64,000 bases of DNA, taken from NCBI GenBank assembly GCA_013265495.1, contig MU058198.1, positions 2,244,419-2,308,418 on the forward strand, in the 5' to 3' direction. The position numbers and the translations under genes were made by a program. Every line of letters begins with the position of its first letter. Positions within the stretch are counted from its first letter, which is position 1. The DNA comes from Vicugna vicugna. Lineage: Eukaryota. Below the pieces are notes generated by a model that saw only the letters and a list, made by a program, of their open reading frames with translations, did not search any database and was not told where the DNA came from. Shown here in pieces: positions 26,869 through 38,104 of the stretch.

Positions 26869-29804
26869 CAAACAGTTCCTGGAAGAGAACTCTGAATGCT
26901 TTGCTAGCAAAACACTGTGGTGTGCAAACCTAGAACTCAATAGAAAAAAAGCCATTTATCTGAAGGCTGCATAGTGGAGAGAGTCTTCAGTTTACCTCAT
27001 TCTTTGTAGCAGCCCTTAATTTTACCAGGTTTTTGTAATAGGTACAAATAATCCCATACCTTTCTAGGTGCAATTTTAAGTTAAGCTAAAATTCTTTGTA
27101 GGGTTAATTTATTTGTATATGACAGTAGAAGGTAAGATCATGTCAAACCTTATAATTTGGGGAATCTGACACTATTTAAATTATTGGCAACTGTTGTCTG
27201 TTGTACAGAGGTTCTCTTTTTCTACTGGCTTAGTCTGTTACATTAGTAATGCATTTTATACGTTCAAGCGCACAACTTTACATAAGTACAAAATTCACTA
27301 GTAATATCAATTTAATATTTTGGCTATTTCTAACACTAACTTCACTTTGCCATTAAAAATTAAATTTATGTTCTTTTTATCTGTAAGCATTATTAATATA
27401 TCTCCTTTACCAAAAACCTGAGCAATACAATATTTTCTTTGTATGCTATATGCCTTTGTTTGCTAAAAGCTGACATTTTTGCATTTACTTTAAAGGGCTG
27501 TACCAAACCCACAGCTTTATGTTTTTTCCTAAAAGAAGCATTGCAGCTAACCCTTGAACCCACAGATACAGTATTTCTCCTCTCCACATTTCCATGCCTT
27601 CATGTCAATGCGTAGCTGATTTTCCAGGTGAACACTATAGATAATCTCCCGTTTGAAGTGTGGGGCAGGAGGGTCCTTCATGGCAGTGGAGTCTTTCACG
27701 GCAACAGCAACCCAGATGTCCCTATCAGTAGTTAGGGTCCCGTGTAGTCCGTGCGTCACACAAACTGATACGAATGCACTGTTTCTTTGAAAGCTAGATT
27801 ATAAATTACACAATGATTACTTCCGAGATGGGGCTGCCTCCTCAGATACTCAAGGTATGAAATGGAGGAGCCTGATGCGTTTCACACTGGCTCGTTTGAC
27901 ACTCAGATATGTTACTGTTAATTCAGCAGTATTTTATTGTGGGAAAAAAAAGTGTTCAGCTCACTCAGGAGTTGGGGTAAGAGGTGGACCACCAGTGTGG
28001 TGCATTCCTTGAGTGTGCTGGGGAAATGTCACACATTTCCTTCCCAGGGTCAGAGAATCCTTTGGGAAATGCCTGAGGGAGACATTTTCCCCAGGTACAA
28101 TGATGCATAGTCAATTCTAAGAATACCACTGGACGTGTGCTATGGACGTTTGGGGTTGCAGTTCCCATTGTGATTTGATTGGACCTCTGTCAAATGGATC
28201 ACTTTGAAGGAAAGCTTTAGTTGTCACCATTATACCACTGAAATAAAGTGTTAGCAAAGTATAGTTCCAATTAATTTATAATACGACCAAGAGGCTTACT
28301 CTTCCAAAAGATGAATTTTATTGTAAATAGTTTCTCAAAATGTTTTTAACTGGATCATGAGCATGGGGAGAGAAAGTTTCTCAGCTGCTAAGAATTTCCC
28401 CACTGTTTACTTCTTTCACTTACAGTGGTATTGCATATAAGATTGCAGAATTTAAGGTTTTATTTGTATCTATTACACAGAACCATTCAATTGTCTTTAA
28501 TTTCATCGCTGTCTTGGAGGTCCAGTGCACAAAGGGCTGATAGGGGAAAGCTCCCTCTAACCAGTCAGCACTCTAACCCGGGATTAAAACCGTCCCATCA
28601 AGTAGTGTGTGAAGTCAGATCTTTGTACTCTTCCAAACCAAACATTGAAATGGACTCATTCATATAAAATTCTATAAATCCTGTAAGTGAAAAGATAGAC
28701 AACTGTCAGCAGTTGCTTTTAAAAAGGTCACTATAATAAGTACTATATAGTACAGTATTAATTTATAGCAGGAAATCATATCGTAAACTGTATATAAAAC
28801 ACTGTTTTATGGTGCAATCATTTGTCAAACTTTTGTCTGTTACATTGTTTTTAGAGTGTGTGCATTCTTCTCATACCTAAGAACATCACTGTAAAATCTG
28901 CTGAAAACTATTTACAGGTTTTATTTGCACAAGACTTAATTTGAAATTTTTGGAAGCTCCTATTGAACATGCCTAAACATCTGTAAACATGAAAAGTCTT
29001 CAATTCATTAAAAGCAAACATTTCAGTACGATTCTTTCCAAAGGTAATCCATGTTCTATGTTGTTAATGTGTGTATGTAATGTTTCTGACTCTTTTACTT
29101 CTTATAAACCTATTTTCTGTTTCATTTGTTTTCTTTTTGAAGCACGGCCTTTTTTTTTTTTTTTAATGTTCCAGATGACCAAAACACTTCATTGGTTTTT
29201 ACCCTTTTGCCTAAATCTTTGATATCCCCGCTTGATGTTCTGTGAATTCACTGTTTAATCTCTTAAGTAAAATAGTCCTGGTGACATAAAATCTATCGAT
29301 TTAGAGGAAAGACCCTGAAAAAGTATTGGAAACTAACTTTGGATATGCTAGTCTTAGCTATTATTTTGCATCGTGGGCTTCGTGGGAAGAACATGTTGCA
29401 TTTACTTTGTCTTTATTAAAAGACTACTAGCCGCAAGTTACTCTGATTGTAGTAACTTTTATCAACCCACTTTGATCTTCTTTAAAATATTAAATTTACA
29501 TTCATAATTCAAAACAGTAAGCTGTCTTTCAGAACTAATTTTTGAAGGATAAAAATATATGAAGGAAAAAAGTGGCCTGTGTAGGTTGGATTCTCTACAT
29601 AGGACTTACTAGTTATATCATCTCGAGAGATTTTAAAGTTTGTGATCAAGGCCTGTATATTACCCCAAACTTTATTAAGAATTGTTTTCTAATTGGTTAT
29701 AACATTTTTCAATTAATAGTTTCAAAACAAATTGTTAATACAAACTGTATAAAATGAACATAATTTTCTTCACTTGTATTTTTGTTATTGAGCAAGTTTA
29801 TCAA

Positions 29805-29810
29805 AATAAA
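29805..29810 (+). terminator. Polyadenylation signal AATAAA (distal MOSMO)
   Basis: Canonical hexamer preceded by TGTA and T-rich upstream elements and followed by T-rich sequence. Confidence 0.65.
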
Positions 29811-30497
29811 TTGTCTACTAAAGAAACTAAAAAGGCTTCTATTACTTTGAAATAAGCTTTGAATTTTAAAATTTATTTCACAAATTGATTTCTTATAGAG
29901 GTTTCACGTATTTACACAGTGACACTTCCACGCACTCTTGGTTTGGTTTTGTTACTAGCATTGTGCAGGGTGAAGTCTCCCCTCTCTTCCTCCACTCTCC
30001 CTCCTAGCTCCCTGCTAGGGAAGAGATGCTGTTAATATTCTAGAACATGGATTAGGCTGTGTTTACCAATAAGAAGAGGCGCTCACTCAGCAATAAAAGA
30101 TTAAACCAAGGCTCACAAAGCCAGTCATCTTTCTTTTCTTTTTTCCTTGCACATCAACTTAAGACCTTTCACCTTTGCTTCAATCTTCTGTTTCTACTGT
30201 ATTTCAGGCCAAAGGCTCTAAGCTTGTAAGATTTTAAAATCTGGGTTGAAGGAGCAACATAGAGGCCTTTGGCCTCTAGACTTACCTGTAACCTCCATCA
30301 TAGCTTTACTGTAACTCTAGGAGTACTGGGATCAGCCCAGCCCAATAATAACTAGAAATCAAGTAAAACACTGTGTTTACCCTTTGCTGCTGCTGGTTCT
30401 TTATATGGCCTCTTCAGGCGGCTCATGGGGAATTGGGAGAATTAAGACAAGGCAGGATTTGGATATTCTTGGCTTCTGGATCTTAAGGGTATCTTCT

Positions 30498-30611
30498 TAG
30501 GGTGACCAGCCATCCTGGTTTGCCTGAGACTGAGGGCTGTCCTGTGACATGAGACTTTCAGTGCTATAACTGAGAAAGTTTCAGGCAAACAAGGATGAGT
30601 TGATCACCCTA
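30498..30611. mobile_element. 114-bp hAT MITE (MER81-like)
   Basis: Terminal inverted repeats TAGGGTGACCA and TGATCACCCTA. Confidence 0.8.
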
Positions 30612-33600
30612 CCTTCACACCATTCAGATCTTACCCTGATTAATTACACAGAGTAACGGTATTTGAAGAGTTCTTTTCTATAAACAATGAATGGGTCAAC
30701 TGGAAATTGTGGTGGTAGACTTAATACTGAACTTCTTAGAGAGGAGAGGAAAACGCTTTTTCCTTCTTTTTGGTAATGCTGTAGGAAAAGGCAACGGACT
30801 GGCTTTAAAAGCAATAACATGGGTTAAAAAATACCTTATTTTTGCTTCATCTTCCATCAACTCTATTCTAACCACTGTATGAGAAGATTACAGGAAAAAC
30901 ACCAAGACTAGAGGACTGTGGGTTCCTTTTATGCAAAGTCAACTCTTCTGGGTCACAGTTACCCAGCAACAAAATAAAAGTAGTTATTTATAAAGTGGTA
31001 TTAAAGATAGAAAGCATAATGCTGTATTATTTTTTAGAATTTTGGGTTTTTTCCCAGGAGGAAAAAAAAAAAAACCCTGGGATATTTTCAAGCACAGTCA
31101 ATGTTTCTACAGATCAGCCCAATTCCAAAAACTAAGACCACCCAAGATTAAATTTCAAGAAGAAGATTTTCATGAGACTCATAAAATTTCAGAGCTGGAT
31201 AAAATCTAAAAGAGCATATCCAGTGTTTCCATTTTCCAGATGAAGAAATCAAGGACACAAAGGCTTAGTAACTTTCCCAAACTCATACAACTAGGTCTCA
31301 GCAAAACTTTCAATGTAGGAAAGAATGTCTTTGACAAATAGGCTTTGGACAGTTGTTGACCTAGGTCAGTTCAAATTCTATAGCCCCTTGTACCAGTCTT
31401 TCTTCAACCAATTTCTGTCTACTTCAGCTCCAAATCATTTCTGCCAAAAGAGTCAACACACAAGAAAGCTTTGCATTTCCTTATCTCAGTTCCTGTCATG
31501 CCCACCATCTACAGAACGAAGTCCAAACTTCTTCAGCGTAATAGTGAACAGCATGATCTGGCTTCAGCCTCCTCAAGTCTTATTTCCATTCATTCTCTCT
31601 TCACCCTTCTCTGACAGAACAGCCGATCCTCCATTCTTTCACCACACCTTGCTCTCTGTCTTAGCTGTACCTGTACGACCTCCTTGCAGTTTACCTAATC
31701 CCTCCTGTATCTGAAATACATTTAATTTTTTGTGTGTGCTTTGTATCTCTTTTGCTTGTACCTCTGTAACAGAACTTACTAGAGGGAAATAGACTGTCTG
31801 GACCCAAGTCTCAGTTCCACCATAAATCACTTAATAAATCACTTAACCTCTTCGCACCTTGGTTTTCTCATCTGTAGACTGAGCCTCATAGAGTTTTTGT
31901 TGGCTTCAGTGAGATAAAGCATGCAAAGTTCCTGACACATAGCAAACATTCAAAGGTTGTTGCTGCTGTTTTTAAACACCTGTCTAAAACTAGGTCACAA
32001 ACTCTTGAGTTCAAGGTATGTGGCTTTCTCATCGTCTGTAGAGATCTGACACAGCGCTTTACGCATGAATTATCATGATTAAATTTGGAGCTAGATTATA
32101 AAGGAAAATTATGAATCTGTGTTTCTGGAAATTTGAAAGGCCCGGTCACCTATCTGCCAGGATTGCTAAGGTGACATTTTTTCTGAAAGCAGATACTTGC
32201 CCAGATCAGCCTTTCTAAGTTAAGTGTGTTATCTTATCAGTAAGTATTTGACTGTAATATACCAGTCTCATTGACCTCCTTAGGATTTCTCTGTGGATTC
32301 AAGGCCCTTTACTACTGAACTTACAGTGCTCCAATACTGATCCTTACACAGAGGACGAGGACGACGCCAGCACCCTGTTGATCCCGAGAGAACTCTCTGG
32401 AGGCTTCTTCAAGCTTGTGAGTTCTCTGTTCTCTTGAAGCCATCCATACATTTGGTATGTTTTGCAAAAACTTGGTTCTGCCAAGATGGTTTTAATTACT
32501 TCTGCTAAAAGGAATGGACTCGAGGATTTTTATCTCATTTTCTCATTTTAGATGTGATTATCCCCAACTGGCCATCTCATGGCACTTTAAGTAGATATTG
32601 CCAATGTGTTTGGCCACAATTAAACCAATCCCTATTTATTATCTGTCGGGGCAAGTCAGTAAAATAAGTGCTGTGTCCTGACTCTGGCACTCTTTTCATG
32701 TTGTTTAAATATTTAGTTGTGTAAGACAATTCGAGCATTTTCTTAAATTAAAAAAAAAAACTCATTGCTTTGTCCTCTGTGACAAAATACAAATGCAGTT
32801 GAAGAGCCATCAAAGACAAGCCCTTCCACTACCCATAATAAATTGCTCTAGGGGAAAAAATAATCCACTATCTAAGGTTTTCGACTCCCTCATCTTCTAC
32901 GTATTTTACTTATGTCGTTAGGGATAAAATGGACTTGAACATTGCAGTTACCCACACTCACACCACTCAAATACTTTAGCTCATTTCTGCTTTCAGAATA
33001 ACTTTTCTATCCTAAGTGCTGTTGTAGAGAAGGAAGTTACCATGACCCTAAACTGAGACAAAAGGGTTTTGGTTTGGTTTGGTTTGCTTTGGTTTTAATA
33101 GTAACACATGTCTGTAAATTTTTTAAATGAATATAGGAAATTAAAAGATTCCTCTCCCACAATCCACCTTCCAGAGATCACCACTGTTAACATTTATTCT
33201 TTCAGACATTTTGCAGCCTTTAAGTGTGTGTGTGTGTGAATAGTGTGTTTACATATACATATTATATATATATATATATATATATGATGGATGTGTCAGT
33301 TGTTTTAACAAAAGCAAGATCATATATATAACTGTTTCCTTTTTAAACTTAACTTATGATGAATATCTTTCTGTGTCAATAAATACAGATTTTCCTCATT
33401 TTTAATGGCTGTATAGATAGATATCTCTATGAAGTGTGTATATATAGTATACACACACACTACAGATACATTCCTCTCTTCCCCTGTTGCTGTACATTTA
33501 GGTTGTTTCCAGGTTTTTGCTATTACAAATAATGCTGCTGTGAATTTAGCCTTTAGATAACAGAAACTTCCCAAATGTCATAGTAATCTGACATTCTAAC

Positions 33601-34839
33601 TGAAGCATATCAACTACTCTATTAAGGCAATTCATAATTTTAAAAGTACTGTGGTTAAAACATAGTGGCATTCATAAGAGTTTAGAGCTAGAAACTAACA
33701 TAAAGTTCATGTTGTATTTTTCCATACGTCACCTTAATACTCCTCCTGTGAAGTAGGAGATAATTTTTTATAGACTAGAAGACTAAGGATCAGAAGGGTG
33801 AACAATTTACCCAAAGTTCTGTTGGTGAATCTGGGGTTCAAACCTCGGTTCCCTGACTTCAAATCTGGGACGACTTCTGCTGTCCCACATGGCCAGTTTA
33901 GCTAGTCTAAAAGAAATAAAAATAGCCTGTCCCAGTTGCATGATTTCTTGGCTCAGACATGAGCAGCTAAATCTATGGTTTGCTCCTTCTGGATGTGGAA
34001 TGCAAACAACCATAAAAAATAGCCCCTACTTAGAAGCAACTTGTGAATATTATGTATTTTGTTGAAAGAAAAAAATTATATGTTATTTTTAAGTTGTGTT
34101 TAATCACCTATCATTCCCTGCTCATTGTCAAGCTTTCTCCAGTCATCACTAAGTGGTATCTTATAGTGCCCACTTCCTCGACTGGTGGATTATATCATGT
34201 CACCCATTGGTTTTATCTGGACCTTTTTGAGAATTGAGCACCCAGGGAAATTTTCCCAAAGAGAATATCCCCTACTGTCCCTGAAGCAGTTTAGAAAAAC
34301 AACTAGATCCCTTCTTCCTTGCTGGTAGGAAATGTGTCGGTCATTGGGGTCCCTTAGGGTTGTACAGAGATCCATGGCTCAAACATTAGAAAGTTCCCTC
34401 CAGTTGTTTGTCATCTGTCTACACATCGCTGCTGAAACACCAACTATTCCAGGCCAAATGTTGCAGTAGTTCTACTGTGTCCAATCCCATGCCTGGGGTA
34501 TGGTAACCTTTGGTGAGCTGGGAGCCCCTATGCCTCTAGACTTTATCCGTGGATGTACCAAGGAAGGACCCATTTCTTCTTAGGTCTTGCCATCTCACCA
34601 GTGTTGCTGCCAAGCACTGAGCAGGTTCCCGCCTCCCTCTGATTTTCAGATCTGATTTCTTGACCTCTACTTATCTGGGGACTTTTCTCTCCCCTTTGGC
34701 TTTCCTTAGAGTCGTGTTTGCTTAGTACCTGTGTTCCCTTCTTTGGTTAAATGAAACAAAACGAATAAAACAACAACAAAAATAGCTCTTTTCATGAGCT
34801 TTTCATGGGGCTGATTTCACCCTCTGCCTGGCTCCAGGA

Positions 34840-35235
34840 CTAAGATGCAGAGGCCAGGTGTGGCCAATAAGTAGTAGTGATTGGTTCAGGAATGAGTATG
34901 TCATGTGACCAAGTCAAGCCTGGGTCTTTGCTGGAGCTCCGGGGAAGGAGTTGTTCTTCCTCTAGGGTTGCTGAAAGCCGTGGAGGGGAAAACAGGGCTG
35001 ATGTTCCAAGTTTGCCAACCACTCATGAAGAACCTGCCTAAGAATAAAGCCATCACAGAAGAAAAGAAGCTGAGAAATGGAGACAGATTCCTGTTAACAT
35101 CATTTTGGCCTTTAGATCAAGCTGTGTCTGAAGCCAGAACTATTGCTGGATTTTTCTGTTATTTGAGCAAATAAATTCCCTTTTCTCCTTACGCCAATTT
35201 GAGTTGAGTTTCTGTCCTTTAACTGAAAGAATCTT
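34840..35235 (+). mobile_element. MLT1J/K-like MaLR LTR
   Basis: gtgattggttcagga...catgtgaccaa...gatcaagctgtgtctgaagcc...gcaaataaattccc...gagtttctgtc. Confidence 0.65.
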
Positions 35236-35466
35236 TATACATTCCCACTTTCCTCTTGACATTAAACACATCCCTCACCTCCCATGCTTTGGCATGTCAC
35301 TTTAATCTTTCAGGTAGCTTAGGCTTTCACAAGACAGAAAAAACCGTTGACTTCAGGCCACTTCTTAACCCAACAGAAAGCACCTGCTACTGCCTGAAAT
35401 GGAAGAAAGATGTAAACAAAGCAAAGTACAAACTAGTATCTAAAGTAATATATCACACAATAGTAT

Positions 35467-35532
35467 TGTCTTAGTCTGTTTGGACTGCTATAACAAAATA
35501 CCACAGACTTAGATGGCTTATAAACAAATTTA
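35467..35532 (-). mobile_element. MLT1A-like LTR, left piece
   Basis: tgtcttagtctgtttggactgctataacaaaataccacagact...ggcttataaacaaattta; continues at about 37820. Confidence 0.8.
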
Positions 35533-35638
35533 ACTAGATGTTAACAAGATTTATTATGATCATTTTACAGTGTATACATATTATGTTGTATGAAACTAAT
35601 GTACTGCTATATGTCAGTTATACTTCAATTTAAAAAAA
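35533..35638 (+). mobile_element. Older L1 (L1MA-like) extreme 3' end
   Basis: gatcattttacagtgtataca...tgaaactaat...tatatgtcagttatacttcaatttaaaaaaa. Confidence 0.65.
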
Positions 35639-35740
35639 GAGGAATTTTAGAAGCTGAAAACAAAAGCATCAAAGTCACCACTATCTGCCCATTCCAACAC
35701 TTGAGGGTTATAGGGACTAATCCTACAGTATCACTGTCAC

Positions 35741-35975
35741 TACAGTATTTATCAAAAAGCTAAAAGAGCTTTGGAATTGAGCTTTCAGATTTAAAAAAAA
35801 TCAATGAGGTGTTTACACTAGATTATGTAAAATCCCCATCAGAGAATGAGGCAGCATTCCATAATCAGAAAACATCTAAATATTCACATTAAATGGAATA
35901 AATAAAGATTGTATCTAGCTTCATGCCAGTTCAAGTCAGGTTTTGCCACCAAATGAGCATGCTGTGAACTTAAGA
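35741..35975. mobile_element. MER46C-like Tigger relic
   Basis: aatattcacattaaatggaataaataaagatt...gccagttcaagtcaggttttgccaccaaatgag; recognised from memory. Confidence 0.55.
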
Positions 35976-36024
35976 TGTAAAACAATGTTCACTGCAACTT
36001 TACTTTTTAAAAGTTTATTTCTCT

Positions 36025-37755
36025 ATTAACATCATTAAATAGCCATACTACCCAAAGCAATCTACAGATTTAATGTGATCCCTATCAAATTACCCAGGAC
36101 ATTTTTCACAGATCTAGAATTCTGTGAAATAATAATCCTATAATTTATATGGACTCACAAAAGACCCAGAATTGCCAAAGCAATACTGAAGAAAAAGATT
36201 GAAGCTGGAGGAATAACCCTCCCAGACTTCAGACAATACTGCAGAGCTACAGTAATCAAAACACTGTGGTGTTGCTGGAAAAACAGACATATGGATCAAT
36301 GGAACAGAATAGAAAACCCAGAAATAAACCCACAGACTTTTGGTCAATTAATCTTTGACAAAGGAAGCAAGAATATACAATGGAGAGAAGACAGTCTCTT
36401 CAGCAAGTGGTGTTGGGAAAACTGAACAGCTGCATGTAAATCAATGAAGTTAGAACGCTCCCTCACACCATATACAAAAATAAACTCAAAATGGCTTAAA
36501 GAGTTACATATAAGACAAGATACTATAAACCTCCTAGAAGAAAACATAGGCAAAACATTCTCTGACATAAATCTTAGCAATGTTCTCCTAGGCCAGTCTA
36601 CCCAGGCAATAGAAATAAAAGCAAAAATAAACAAAAGGGACCTAGTTAAACTTACAAGCTTTTGCACACCAAAGGAAACCATAAACAAAACAAAAAGACA
36701 ACCTATGGAATGGGAGAAAATATTTGCAAAAGATGAGACTGACAAGGGATTAATTTTCAGAATATATAAACAGCTCATACAAGATCATAAAAAAAAAAAG
36801 AAAAACAGAATCTAGTCCAAAAATAGGCAGAAGACCCAAACAAGCAATTCTCCAATGAAGACATACAAATGGCCAATATGAAAAAATGCCAGCATGAAAA
36901 GATGCTCAGTATCACTAATTATCAGAGAATGCAAATCAAAACTACAATGAGGTATCACTTCACACCAGTCAGAATGGCCATCATTCAAAAGTCTACAAAC
37001 AATAAATGCTGGAGAGGGTGTGGAGAAAAGGGAACCCTCCTACACTGCTGGTGGGAATGTAGTTTGGTGAAGCCATTATGGAAAACAGTAGGGAGATTCC
37101 TCAAAAAACTAAAAAAAATTTACCATATGATCCAGCAATCCCACTCCTAGGCATATATCCAGAGGGAAATTTAATTAGAAAAGACATGCACCCCAATGTT
37201 CATAGTAGTACTACTTACAATAACCAAGACATGGAAGCAACCTAAATGTCCATTGACAGATGACTGGATAAAGAAGATGTGGTATATTTATACAATGGAA
37301 TACTACTCAGCCATAAAAAATAAAATAATGCCATATGCAGCAACATGAGTGGACTTGGAGACTGTCATTCTAAGTGAAGTAAGCCAGAAAGAGAGAGAAA
37401 AATACCACATGATATCACTTATATGTGGAATATAAAAAGAAAAAAAAAGACAAATGAACTTATAAAACAGAAACAGACTCACAGACATAGAAAACAAACT
37501 TATGGTTACCAGGGGGAAAGGGGATGGGAAGGGATAAACTGGGAGTTCGAGATATGCAGATAATGACTGGTATATATAAAACAGATAAACAAGCTTATAC
37601 TGTACAGCACAGGGAAGTATATTCAAGATCTTGTAGTAGCTTATGGTGAAAAAGAATATGAAAACGAATATATGTATACTCATGTATGACTAGAAGCATT
37701 GTGCTGTATGCCAGAAATTGACACAACATTGTAAACTGACTACAATTTTTAAAAA
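36025..37755 (+). mobile_element. 5'-truncated L1: ORF2 C-terminal part plus 3'UTR
   Basis: Frames give [53 protein letters not shown] and [18 protein letters not shown] (cysteine-rich domain), followed by a 3'UTR with G-rich tract. Confidence 0.96.
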
Positions 37756-37760
37756 TACAG

Positions 37761-37815
37761 TAGATAGATAGGTATGTAGGTAGGTAGGTAGATAGATAGA
37801 TAGATAGATAGATAG
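37761..37815 (+). repeat. (TAGA/TAGG)n microsatellite
   Basis: Visible tandem tetranucleotides at the L1 tail. Confidence 0.95.
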
Positions 37816-37818
37816 AGT

Positions 37819-38104
37819 AAAAATTTATTTCTCACAGTTCTGGAGGCTGGCAGGTTGACTTTGGGGTTCCAGCATGGTCAGGCCAGGGCCCTCTTCTGGG
37901 TGCAGCCTCCTCCTAGCCTCACATGGCAGAAGGGGGCTAGGGAGCTCTGTTGGCCCTCTTTTATAAGGGCAGTAATCCCATTCATGAGGGCTCTGCCCTC
38001 ATGACCTAATCAGCTTCTGAAGACCCCAACTCCTAACACCATCACCTTAGTGGTTAGATTTTCAACATGAATTTGGAGGAGACACAAACATTCAGACCAT
38101 AGCA
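37819..38104 (-). mobile_element. MLT1A-like LTR, right piece
   Basis: aaatttatttctcacagttctggaggctgg...ctcacatggcagaagggg...gacacaaacattcagaccatagca. Confidence 0.85.

Larger units (their letters stand above)
26098..29830 (+). other. MOSMO: MOSMO long 3'UTR (approximate end)
   Basis: About 3.7 kb, AT/U-rich, no interspersed repeat that I can recognise, ends after AATAAA at 29805-29810; a proximal AATAAA lies at 28242-28247. Confidence 0.7.

Noticed and set aside
36344..37683. Hydrophobic 126-144 aa minus-strand ORFs (also 11706-12104)
   Set aside because: Antisense frames of A-rich L1 sequence.
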